This document shows, piece by piece, positions 52,188-63,631 of a stretch of 64,000 bases of DNA. The stretch lies in NCBI GenBank assembly GCA_964270895.1, contig OZ185440.1; one strand, given 5' to 3'. Both the position numbers and the translations under genes were made by a program. The notes beneath the pieces are model-generated. The model had not been told where the DNA came from and did not search any database. It was given only the letters and a program-made list of their open reading frames with translations. Source of the DNA: Podarcis filfolensis (lineage: Eukaryota). Position 1 is the stretch's first letter. Each line of letters begins with the position of its first letter.

Positions 52188-53044
52188 CCGTCTCAGAGTA
52201 TAGAAATGTGAGGTGAAAGAACTCATGATGCTGCCTCTTCTGCCAATGTGCTGTCCTCTACTCTGAAAATATGAGAACCAGCTGGTTGGGAGTGTGTGTG
52301 TGTTCATTGATAGGAGGAAGGTCATTTTAGCTACAGTTCAGAAGACAACAACACATTTTTAACCTCATGTAAATCATCCCATGGACCCTAATCTAGCACA
52401 GGAAGCAGTGTCAGGCATATCAATTTTAGCTTTATAGATATGATTTTATACACTTAGCTTACTCACAGCCATGTTCACTCTTGCACGAAGCTTTACGAAT
52501 GAGCATGGGTTACTGTTCACCCAGAAAAAATACTGATAATGAGCGCTAAAATGCACCAACTGTTACCCAAAATTTGCTGATGGCTGAAGATTAGCAAATG
52601 TGGCATCAGTTCCCCAGAACACAGACACAGCATCCATACCAAGAACTTGTGGAAAACAGAAATGTCTAAAACAGCGTAGGGCCTGGGTCCTAAAGGCAGT
52701 GGGAGAAAGGGGTAAAAGCAGCACCCAATATACCACCTCTTCTACAGCAGCTTCTATATGCACTTAACAAGAGCTCCAAATGCACATCCCGACTACTTTA
52801 GTTGCTCACTGGGTAACTATGAGAAAGGGGCATAAGCGGAAGTGTGACTTTAGAATTTGAACAATTATACTACTGTACTCAATGAGGCAAAGTGCCTCAT
52901 TTTGGTTTCAGATTCGTCATTCTGAAATAGCACTGCACAGGGTTGGCCCACCTCACAAGTAACTTGGCTGGCAGGGTCCATCTCCTCAGACTGAACAAGT
53001 TTGCAATCACTCCTTTAAGTCTCTTATACTTCTCATTGATCCAG

Positions 53045-53161
53045 AAAACTCCATACTGTATTCCTACCCATCTTGCACAGCAACGAGACCCCTGGAATCG
53101 ACTACATGGGACACCTACGTTAGCAAGCATCAGAAGAGAAATTTGGTATACAGAACCTGAG
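53045..53161 (+). CDS. CFAP276: CFAP276 coding exon 2 (117 nt)
   Basis: KTPYCIPTHLAQQRDPWNRLHGTPTLASIRREIWYTEPE (cf. recalled human PTHLAQQQEPWSRLNSTPT); cag/gtaaaa. Confidence 0.93.
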
Positions 53162-53380
53162 GTAAAAATATTCATCTGATGCTACCATCCTTTGCTTGTG
53201 TTGCAAGGCTCTTTTGCTTTGCCCTCAATCAAAATAAGTTGGCTTTCATACACTGTCAGATTTGCTTTTAAATGGGCTACACTTTGACCCCTCAACACCT
53301 GTAGTTGCACTGTGTACTTAAAGCAGACTTATAAAAACATCAATACTGATTTCCCCATCCCTTCTTAAACTCATGGCTAG

Positions 53381-53496
53381 GTTTCCAAAGACAGTCTCGA
53401 TTTTAACCTCAGTGCTCTGTACAATCACCACGAAGATCTGCTTAAAGACAAGAGCAAGGTAGTTCTCCATAAGGAGACCCTATTTGATGACCATGG
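53381..53496 (+). CDS. CFAP276: CFAP276 coding exon 3 (116 nt)
   Basis: VSKDSLDFNLSALYNHHEDLLKDKSKVVLHKETLFDDH(G) (cf. DDLDFRLAALYNHH); tag/gtaagt. Confidence 0.93.
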
Positions 53497-54036
53497 GTAA
53501 GTGGAATTCATTGTTCTTGTAGAATTCAGCAAACAGCATGACTCTCCACAGAATTTGCATGAGCCAAAGGTGCAACATGTGTAGCTATGAGGCAGGTTGT
53601 TTCCATACTTTACTGAAAACATTTCTTCATCTATGCGCAGATGAGACACACCAATCTCCTGCCACAGTATACAACACAAAAACAGTGCAGGAAGTGCTTC
53701 TGCTTTGGCTTGTATTGCATGGGTATCCCATCTTATCCATCTGCACTTGCAATAATAGGCAAGTGCAGACAATGCTGAAGCAACCAACTTTGCACTGCAC
53801 ACTGGAAACCCAAGCCAGTGAATATTACCTTGGCAAAATATGGGTCTCTACTTACTTAGCACTCTATATTGTCTTAGGGTGCTTCTCAGTGAGAGCACGC
53901 CTACAGATCTTAAATCACTTTAATGCTTACAGATACAAAACAAAATCCATACTCCAATGCACAGAATATGGGAGTGATGCCCCGGAATTTATTACTTTCT
54001 TACATGTTAACACATGTTCTCACTCTTGTTTTTGAG

Positions 54037-54170
54037 ACAACTGAAGGGTTTAGAGCCTGTGAAGGAACGCACAGCACCTCTGACTCAGCATCCTACTTCC
54101 AAGGGTATATCTGTGAGACACTGGGTCAACCCAGTAAGAGAGTCAATCCACAACATTGAAGGAGCTATTG
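54037..54170 (+). CDS. CFAP276: CFAP276 coding exon 4 (134 nt), GAG acceptor
   Basis: QLKGLEPVKERTAPLTQHPTSKGISVRHWVNPVRESIHNIEGAI (cf. IRHWINPKKESIHSIQGSI); gtaagc donor. The 5' boundary requires a pyrimidine-tract + GAG acceptor to keep phase. Confidence 0.8.
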
Positions 54171-54219
54171 GTAAGCACAAGTTGTAGACATTCATTTTAC
54201 CTCTCCTAAAGAATTACCC

Positions 54220-54505
54220 CGAATCCCCGCAACGGGGTGAGCTCCCGTTGCTCGGTCCCTGCTCCTGCCAACCTAGCAGTTCGAAAGCACGTCAAAGTGC
54301 AAGTAGATAAATAGGTACTGCTCCAGGCGGTAAGATAAATGGCGTTTCCGTGCATTGCTCTGGTTCGCCAGAAGCGGCTTAGTCATGCTGGCCACATGAC
54401 CCAGAAGCTGTACGCCGGCTCCCTCAGCCAATAAAGCAAGATGAGCGCTGCAGCCCCAGAGTCGGTCACGACTGGACCTAATGGTCAGGGGTCCCTTTAC
54501 CTTTA
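54220..54505 (+). mobile_element. Sauria SINE, 5'-truncated, in CFAP276 intron 4
   Basis: Same core and ACCTTT tail as 49882-50244. Confidence 0.88.
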
Positions 54506-55063
54506 AAGAGAGTAAGAACATAAATCCATAGTGACCAGCTCATGTTCAGCAAATCTAACTCCTACCTAGATACCCTACTGTCCCAGGTCCTTTTTAATTA
54601 TTTTGAATATCAAGTTTTTATTTACATTATCTAATCATATTCTTCAACCTATCCCTGTGTTAAAAACTAATGCATTCAGAGTAGATATACTTTTAAAATT
54701 AGGGCGATGAAAGCTCCTCTACGTTTATATTCTGCTTGAGAAACCACTGAAATGAATGGTGTGGATCACACTTTAAACTAGACTGGAGAAAAGTCTTCAA
54801 AAACATTGTTGGCCACTAATTGATAAGAAATTTAGAGCTAAGCAGAACACGTGTAGGTTTTGTGCATTCATTTAGATCTCCATTTTTTTCTGTTATGCTG
54901 CTTAACATCATCTGGAAACTTTTGAATTGATGGTTTTCAATTTACCACAAGAAATTAAGAGCTTCCTCTTAAATTGATGTGTGGTACTATTTAGAGCTCT
55001 GATTGGAAAATTTCTCAGTGTATGGAATACTCAGAAAGTTGACTGTGACTTTTGTCTTTTCAG

Positions 55064-55134
55064 AATCTCATCACACTGCAGCCACTAACAGTGGATACTC
55101 ACGCAAAGAGAATGGTGGGATCTTCTACCACTAA
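55064..55134 (+). CDS. CFAP276: CFAP276 coding exon 5 (71 nt incl. TAA)
   Basis: ESHHTAATNSGYSRKENGGIFYH* (cf. conserved HTAATNGGYSRKKDGGFF); ttttcag acceptor. Total CDS 519 nt = 172 aa. Confidence 0.93.
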
Positions 55135-55533
55135 GAGTTTTGCATGGCCATGATGCTGCTTCTGTCCTTTCAGTCTGTGTTTACGTGTACCTGAGTTAAG
55201 TCTTCAATGATTGCTTTCATTTTAGGATCCTTGATTAAACCACCCAGCTTCACTGAATTCTAGTAGCAGCACATCTATACTGTTCCCCAGTACTGTACTT
55301 GAGAGGAACAAACTGCTTCTTGCCTATCAGCAAAATCAGTTACAGTAATCTGAACTGAAGTCCTAAAAGGACAGCATTTAGAAACTATCACTTTAGGCAG
55401 GCAGTGCATTGCACTCTCACAATGAAAAATGCCAAGGTTAAACTGTTGTAAAAGCCATTTCTCTACTAATTCAGGCGGCTAGCTAGTTTCACTGTTTAAA
55501 AAGAGCACTGCACATATGGACAGGAATGCCCAT

Positions 55534-55587
55534 CTTTATTACTACTGAGTCTTTATTACTACTGAGTCTTTATTACTACTGAGTCTT
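55534..55587. repeat. 17-bp tandem repeat x3
   Basis: CTTTATTACTACTGAGT repeated three times exactly. Confidence 0.9.
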
Positions 55588-55642
55588 GTCTATGCAAACA
55601 AGTCCAAGGGCTGAACCCTTAAAAGAATTAAAGCCAATAGTA

Positions 55643-55873
55643 CAGTGGTACCTCAGGTTACGAACTTAATTCATCCCGGAGGTCTGTTCTTAACCCAAAA
55701 CTGTTCTTAACCTGAGGTGCGCTTTCGCTAATGGGGCCTCCTGCTTCCGCCCTGCAACTTCCGCTCATATCCTGGGGCAAAGTTTGCAACCAGGAGCATG
55801 TACTTCCGGGTTAGCGGAGCTCCTTACCTGAAGTGTTCGTAAGGAGGATGGTACATAACCAGAGGTTCCACTG
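55643..55873. mobile_element. Tigger/pogo-like MITE
   Basis: TIR CAGTGG(T/A)ACCTC; TA TSD. Confidence 0.8.
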
Positions 55874-56572
55874 TATGTTTAACATTCAAGAAAAAATACA
55901 CTCAAATGAGAACAGGCCAATTATTTCTCAATTTAGCCTAGCAAGCAATCTCCCTAAGCATGTCTTCCTCCTCTTGACTCCAAAAGCACATGAAAATGCT
56001 GACAGGTAGAAGGAATTGTAGATTCCCTTTGTCATTTTGAGAACTTAAATTAGGAGTCTTAGGCGAGGCCTGCTTTCTGTAATTTTAACCCCCAGAGGCC
56101 ATTTTAATTGTTACTGTATTATCAGCCTCCACATGGTGGCAACAATTTGAGAAGCAGCCCTGTAAGACACGGGCACAGCTTGGGAAACATTGCATGGTTC
56201 CACAGAAGGAACCACGCAACATGCAAGCATCATGAACTCTTTGAACAGAGCCTGCAAGTGTCCGTTTATAGCACAAGGAAGAGGCTTATGGCACCTTAAG
56301 GACTTAACAAAGAGCTTTCTTGGACTACAACCCATCTCACCATCAGTCCACTAGATGGAATGAAGTCGGGGGTGGGGGGAGCATGCCAGAATTAATTGTT
56401 CCAAGTTGTTTTCGCACCGCGAATTCCATTAGCATTTATTGGGAAGGTCTTTTCAGGAAAGCCAGCAGCCTTGTGCGAGGGACGGGGATGGAGAGCGGGA
56501 GTCGTTGTCGCAGCAAAGGAAGACGCCCGAGGCAGGAACAAAGGGGCGGCTCAGGCGGAGCTGCTGCGGTCG

Positions 56573-56975
56573 AGCCGGATCAGAATCGCTCCGATACACA
56601 TTGGCCAGGAGGAGGGGGAAGGGAACCCCCCCGCAGCCTCCAGCCTCGTCTATCTGATCAGTTCATCACCTCCGGCTTAAAACGCCGCCCGCTCGCTTCA
56701 CCTGCTTCACTGCACAGCGCCCGAGGGCTTCGCAGGGAGAAGGGTTCTTCTCATCTCAGGCCTGGGGAGGCGGCAGCATCCCGGCCCGATCAAATAAGAT
56801 CAACGTGTAAATGAGGGAAAGGAGTGCCGTAGCGCAGGGGCTCCACACGCGCGCCACTCAACCCACGCACACGCCTCACGCAGCGCACGTACCCCCTAGC
56901 ATCCCCACACATACCTTCCGCGCCCCACCACAGCCACACACCACTCGCTCTGCCCCTGGCTACTCTCTGAGGAAG
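56573..56975 (-). ncRNA. SCARNA2: Small Cajal body-specific RNA 2 (mgU2-25/61), independently transcribed composite box C/D scaRNA
   Basis: On the minus strand: a GU-rich 5' region (~56830-56960). Guide UUACACGUUGAUCUUAU + UUGA box (56810-56790) is complementary to U2 nt 22-35 with G25 at the fifth position. C box GUGAUGA at 56669-56663. Guide AUCAGAUAG + ACGA box is complementary to U2 58-65 with C61 at the fifth position. Terminal D box CUGA at 56583-56580. 7-bp terminal stem AGCCGGA/UCCGGCU. Position between TMEM167B and CFAP276 matches human. 5' end is estimated from the TATA box. Confidence 0.9.
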
Positions 56976-56996
56976 CGCCTCGCGCCCCGCCTCCGG

Positions 56997-57029
56997 CTTT
57001 TATACCCCAGCCCCGTTGCATGATGGGAA
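56997..57029 (-). promoter_or_regulatory. SCARNA2 promoter: TATA box plus ZNF143/Staf binding site
   Basis: TATAAAAG at 57004-56997; TTCCCATCATGCAACGGG at 57029-57012 fits the Staf/ZNF143 consensus YWCCCRNMATSCMYYRCR with 2 mismatches; within a CpG island. Confidence 0.75.
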
Positions 57030-59292
57030 CCGCGCAGATCGCGTTCTCGCGGTCCCTGCTGAGTGCCCCGCCTCTTCCGAGGCACCAAGAGAAGGGCGGG
57101 GTTTGTGGATTCGCAGATCCTGTTCGCTCATAGCCTCGCCAACCCTGGAGACTCCGGGATAAAAGTGGGCAAGTTCCCTGAAGGAAATCGGGGTGACATT
57201 CAGAATTCTGGCGTAATCTGTGGCTGGGCAGCGGCTTGTGTTCCCCCCCAGCCCCCAAAACAGCAGTAAAACTTGGAAGCGCTCGTGCTGCTTAAAGAAT
57301 GATTCCCCCGCCCTTCGCCAGCTGCTGTCACCACCGAGGGCAAAATAACTGACCTTTATGGGAATAAAGTTATGGTAGACAAGCTAGCCAGCCGCAGATT
57401 CGCTCCCCTGCATTTTTACTGGAGACTCGAGGGCAAACTTTAGAAATCTTTTTCTTCGTCCGTTGCCATGCTACCGAGGGGAAAGCCATGGTCTGGGTTA
57501 TCCTTGCATCCCAAGCCAGCTTGTGATTCGTCTCCCATACAACGCACTGTTAGCCAAGAACAAATCTTGGCTATGGGCCATGGTTTGTCTGGAGAAAGAA
57601 AGCCCTATTTTATTTCCAAGCACACACACACTTTCTTGTTCACTTGGCCATTGTTTGCCTTAGCTGCAAGAACTGGGCTTGCTTTCACTATTACAAGAGA
57701 TACAAACATAATCAGAACAAAAGTCCCTTTATGTTATATAAAATTGGTTTCCTGGTAAATTATAATAATAAATGTACTTGGGCTTGTGGCTGAAGTCTCT
57801 GTAATAACAGTAAAATATATTAGAAGCTACAGCTGTTTTCATATCCATTCCTGCAGAATATCACTTTCCAATTATCCACAACGGGAAATGGAAAAAGACC
57901 CACTGCATAAAGAGCTGAGGGGCTGTAAGTGAACACTTAAATGGCATGCAGTGCAATATTTCATTTGCTATAACTAGAGTTACAATTCTAACTATACTCA
58001 CTCTACTAAATTTAGCAGCCCTGGTTTAGTATTATATTCCAAAACTCCGAAAAGATATTCCATATCCTCCTCTTGAAATCTGCCTCTAGGAATGCTAAAA
58101 CCTTCAAGAACAAATTTTGAGGGCACACAAAGGGCTGTCAGAAGGGCAAAGAAAGGTAGAGTCCATTCTGATCGTGCATAGACATCTTTAGATACAACTC
58201 ATTGAATTTTGCAATGCAGTGCTAACTTTTCAATGGAAGGGCAGATGGAATAACACCAAAATAAAGAACATAAACAGATGGCCTCCAATGGTGAACTGAG
58301 GATGGTTTATTTGCCCAATGTATTTCTAGCTTGTTGACTTTCTCAGAGGCAGCTTTTACGCTTGTAAAAGCAAACAAACCAGAAGATCAAAAATATGTGC
58401 TACCACCATCACGAATGCACATTTGAGGTCTCTTCTCAATATTCCTGCATAATTTTAGTAAAAAAAAAGTTTAAAAATAATTTTAAGGTAGTACACATTT
58501 AATTGCCTAACACCCTTTACATACCCACCTTCTCTTGCTAACAATTAGTTCCAGCTTATGTCCTGCCCTTTCAATGTGTGGTTGTGTGTGAAGTTGACAT
58601 TCCACTCCATACAAGAAATCAGGAGTATAAAGTCAAGCAATAAAAGCTTTTCAAGAGTAACAGAATGGCTCACACAATGATCTTGGTCCACTCTCCCAGC
58701 CTGAACTACATTGCAGGGTTCTTGTGGAGAGCATGCTTGCCATACTGAGCTCATAGAGGAAGGCTAGAATAAAGATTTGATAAAAGAGATACATAGTGGT
58801 TCATACTGATTTTACAAATAACCACACTATACAACATGAATGACACTATAGCTTAAGCCATAATACAACTGTTAGTCTTTAAGGTGTTAAAGACTATTTA
58901 ACTAGATAGAATTCAATATGCTGAGCTATAAAAACCAAGATATTTTTTTTTTAAGTACAGACATATTTAGGGATGCTCTCACTGCTATATCAATTCATGC
59001 TCCCTTGAAGTGAACATGTCTTGAATTTCTTGAAGATTTTTTTCATGAGTAAAGATTCCAATAAGCTTTCCTGATATATTGGTTGAAAACGGAACTGAAA
59101 ATACAGATGCAGCTGAACAGGCTAGTGCACTGTGAATAAAACAGAAAAAAACAATCTATTCCCATTTTTATATAATTTTATATTTACTTTTCCAGCAGTT
59201 CACTAAACACATGCCTACAGTATAATTGTGCACATAACCTTCTCACACAGTGGCAAAGCATGCCAATTTCCCCTTGCCAATTCCCCAAAGAG

Positions 59293-59682
59293 ATTTGGGG
59301 AAGCTTTAACCCTCCAGATGTTGCTGAACTACAACTCTTATTATCCCTGGCCATGTTTGCTGGGTTTGATGGGAGTTGCAGTTCAGCCAGGTGTGCCAAC
59401 ACCTAGGGGTGGAGGAGTCTTCACCCCCCTCAATATTTGCTGGCAGGGCTCCCTTGATGTTGAGAAGTTGGAGGAGCAACACTGTTCAATTGCTAGCTCC
59501 TCCTGAGCGCAAGAGAGGAAGTTATGCAGCTCTGGGCTCCCCACTCAGCCTCCTCCCAACAATGTGACATCACACACATACACTGTGCATCTGATATCAC
59601 ACACACGACACATCAGGCACAAGATGGCACCTCCAAGTTCAGCAACATCTGGAGGGCCAAATGATTCCAACACCTGCCTTAC
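59293..59682. mobile_element. hAT-type palindromic MITE with a nested insertion
   Basis: Perfect 20-bp inverted repeat CCTCCAGATGTTGCTGAACT (59311-59330 / 59636-59655); inner 59388-59635 flanked by 8-bp AGTTCAGC. Confidence 0.6.
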
Positions 59683-60681
59683 AGATTCTGCACCTCTTTA
59701 AACAGGCTTACTGGATAGGTGGCTCTTCAACATATATTTCCCTTTCTTGCATTTTTATGCAAGGAAAATGAGAATCAAAGCAGTATGCTAGGGAAACTAT
59801 TTTTCCTGTAACTGCTTGGAAACACACACAATATTGACAACTCAACAGCACTTTCTGTTAGCAGATCAAAATGATTTTGTACATAGCATGGCTTTGTTCA
59901 TAAAGTATCACACTTTGTTATTAGGGATAAATTTTGAAAGAGTACCAAAACTTTACATTTTCTTAAGAGCACCAAACAGATCTATTTCAGTTATGCTTTC
60001 TTCCTTATAAAAACACTTGCAAAACCACAACCCATGGCATCATGACTCCTTTGGCATGGTTTCTCTCAAGTTGGACACACGAAATATATTGGGAAACGTA
60101 AATTCTAATGTAATATTAAACTACATTTTTTTTTACATGTCATAAATTATTATATAGCACCATTAGTATAAAAATACTGTGTTTTCTAAAAGCCTGACAA
60201 GCTGAATGCTGTGTTCAATTCCTACACTTCATGTCCTCTCAGAAGGAAAGAATAGGAGTAAAGGAAGACAGGGTATTTCAGATTTGTCCCTGGCACATTT
60301 ATGGAACACTCCCAGCAACAGCAGTCTTTGCTTCTTGGTTAGATTTCTGGTTGGTGTTATGATTTACAAATCCCCAGATGTAAACTTGTTTATGTAAATA
60401 AACTTTTTATTATGGGTTCTCAATCTCTTGTAAAGTTACTAACATTCCTTGGGAAAAACAGAACTAGAAAGAACTAGAAAGAACTGATCATCTTTACAAG
60501 GATTTAAGGCCCAAATCTTTCCTCCAGTCACTAGATAAATATAGGTATTTGGCTTACATAGCAGAAATTAGAATATTGATTAGCAGGCAAAGAAAAAACT
60601 TGCCTTATTTGCAGCAATGCATCCTAAACTGCAGCAGAAATGTTTGGATAATAGTACTGTTTTATCAATTGGTAGATACAA

Positions 60682-61067
60682 CTGATACACGGGTGGCACT
60701 GTGGCCTAAACCACTGAGCCTCTTGGGCTTGCCGATCAGGTCAGCGGTTCGATTCCCCACAACAGGGTGAGCTCCCATTGCTCGGTCCCAGTTCCTGCCC
60801 ACCTAGCAGTTTGAATGCATGCCATAAGTGCAAGTAGATAAATAGGTACTGCTCCAGTGCGAAGGTAAACGGCATTTCTGTGCGCTGCTCTGGTTTCGGT
60901 GTTCCGTTGCGCCAGAAGCGGCTTAGTCATGCTGGCCACATGACCTGGAAAAACTGTCTGCGGACAAACGCCAGCTCCCTCAGCCTGTAAAGCGAGATGA
61001 GCACTGCAACCCCCGAGTCGTCTGCAACTGGTCTTAACTGTCAGGGGTCCTTTACCTTTACCTTTTT
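60682..61067 (+). mobile_element. Sauria SINE, full length, with 9-bp TSD
   Basis: Head, core and ACCTTT tail; TAGATACAA at 60673-60681 and 61068-61076. Confidence 0.9.
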
Positions 61068-62657
61068 TAGATACAATTTTATTTGTTCTATATTGCATTG
61101 AGTCTGCTTTTATACTAATTTTGAAGTTGAAAACATCTTAATTTTAGTATCAGAAAACCACTCTCAAATCAAATACCACTCTATACAGGAATTGAACATT
61201 CTGTGAGCACTAAACTTTGTTTTTGCTTTCTCAGTTCCCTGGAACATGCAGCTGGTAGAATTCATTAATATTCCTTGAGTTCCCACCCATGAAAATAAGA
61301 AATAAAATGTCAAGAGGCTATTAGATACAAAGTATGGGGAAGAAAAATAATGCAGGTTTATTCACACACATACTTCTGAAATACCCAAAGGCCCAGTTAG
61401 GGCTCCAGTGTACTTCTTGCCAATTTATAAAAATGCGGTAAGAGACAGTTCCTGTCTGTGATGACATACAAACTTGCCTTTTCAGTTTTATACAAACTAT
61501 GGATTTAAAAAAATGCCCCAGTCCTGAAGTTACTTGTGAATTTCTGTCCATCAAGTGTTTTCAACATTGAAAACTTAAAATAAAACATGCACTTTTACTG
61601 CTTCTACTATAGCTGCTTCTAATCTAGATGATGACCTCCTATAATGTAAGGACAAGGTAAAAAGGGAGGTAAATTCAAATTCAAATAAGGACAGTGAAGA
61701 AGAAAAAGAAGATAAAAGGGTATCATTTAAAAAAAAAGCAAACATAAATCTTTCACCTTTAAAGTTTATACACTTTCCAAAATATACAAGCTACGATCTT
61801 TAAATGTAATTTAAACATTTTAACATCTATTAACTTATGTAACAGCATATGTCCCCATTGCTTTCTCCTACACAGCAACATCCAAAAACTGGGTATGTTT
61901 GAATTGCTGTCGATTGTTAATTGTGTGCCACAGAACTTGCAGCATTTCAGCCATTCTTGGCTGTTTGCAAGAGGTGGTAAGGCTGTTAATTATGCCAAGG
62001 TGGTGTGAATATATCACCAAACAGCATTTTATTTCCTTTGTGATTCAGATTGTTTTTTCCTTCAAGGGTAAAAAGTGCATAAACACTTCTTTGAACTGTG
62101 CAAAGATTTTACTTTATTACTAGCTAGTTTACCATATCCAGTTACTAATTTTTATGATAGCTTTATCCTCCAATCTTAAAAGTGCATTAATAAAAGAAAA
62201 AAGCCAATGAAAGCAAAATCCACACCTGTACTTTGCTGTTCATTATTACATTTTTTGGGATTTAGAGCAATTCCCTTTAAAACACCAGGAATGCAAATCC
62301 TTCCCCCCGCCCCCTCTATCCTGTGCCAGACTCTGGAAACACATTATTCACTTCCATTTGCCACAAACTTTGATGGTTTTCCTTGTGCAGATTGTAATAT
62401 TGATTTTAAGAATCTGCACATAAAACAAACTTTGTTGATCATGTTCAAACTTACTAGAAGCACAGAGGATGGTTGCTGTTATAAAAGCCACTCCCTTGGT
62501 CTCAAAAAAGGCTTGGTCATAGAAGAATTTCCCCTTGACATCTGTGCAGGGTTCTGTGTCAGTTCCTCTAAGAGATATTTTGTCCTCTGAAGCAAAAGAG
62601 ATATGCCTTCTTTAGCATCTTCATTCAAACAACACTGTCCATCTGAAGCGCTGAGAT

Positions 62658-62740
62658 TCATTTTATAAAGAGGACATAAAAAGCCATTACAATGCAGGAT
62701 ATTGCCACTGCTGCATGCAGTCTAGTACCAATCACTGCCG
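62658..62740 (-). CDS. TMEM167B: TMEM167B coding exon 3 (83 nt incl. TGA)
   Basis: [27 protein letters not shown]; ttttccag acceptor. Total 74 aa. Confidence 0.96.
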
Positions 62741-63499
62741 CTGGAAAACAAAAGAGATATTTACAAGTTGTAACAGTATAGAGCACACATTACTTCTTCG
62801 AATTTTTGTGAGAATTAAGCATAAGCACTAGATCGTCTTTATTACCACATAAACTAAAGCAAGGGCATCAAACTCAAGTATGCTGGAAATCCAAATTCCC
62901 CACCAAGTAATTGCCTAGTGCCGATATTAGTAATGGTTAATGGGGGTGGGGAGAGATGCAAATTCTGTCTGAATTGAACAAGACGAAGTTCTACCTCACT
63001 GAGTACTTGTTGCTTACCACTTACTAAGTTCTGTTCTACTAAAGTTAGTAATTTTTTTACAGCAGCTTTAACAATTTTGTTTGCTCTTAAGCAATTAAAA
63101 GAATGAAGCTGAGAACCAATATTTATTATGCACTTGTCCTGTTGTAACCTAGAGATCCTAGGAACAAGTGGTTCCCCACCTCCCTCAAAAAACCAGCTAT
63201 CAAAACTCACCATAGAACCAATCAACAAACCCCCACTCTCTGAAGCGACCGATCACATAAACAAGCCTGTTGTGATGCATCCCAACTCACAATGCAGACG
63301 CTTCCTAAGCTTAACTACATTCTACCAACTGTCAGGAACATTTCCTTGAAGGTTTGTTTGTTCGTTTAACATTTTATGGCATGAAATAGGCAAAGAACGT
63401 CCTCCTCTCCTGGCAGTTTGTGAAGGCTGCCCAGACTTTCCCCCACCCATTTCGCCTTCCCTCCCGGTTGACCCCTGGGGTTGAGAGCAAGAGGATTAC

Positions 63500-63631
63500 C
63501 TTTGTAGAATACCCCCCAGACGCCCCTCTTCTCCGAGAGCAGCCAGACTTTCAGCCGAGGCACCTTCCGGAAGTAGGCGCAGGTGCACACGAAGAGCAAC
63601 CCGAACACCAGCAGCCCGTCCAGCGAATACA
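63500..63631 (-). CDS. TMEM167B: TMEM167B coding exon 2 (132 nt)
   Basis: [44 protein letters not shown]; cag/gtaatc. Confidence 0.96.

Noticed and set aside
55534-55587. Direct-repeat cluster as a CRISPR-like array
   Set aside because: Repeats are contiguous with no spacers; eukaryotic minisatellite.
56320-57258. Several ORFs of 68-164 aa over the CpG island
   Set aside because: Explained by the SCARNA2 gene and its promoter; no protein similarity.
62854-63228. 124-aa minus-strand ORF in TMEM167B intron 2 containing IGTR
   Set aside because: Chance similarity; the true exon 3 is 62658-62740.
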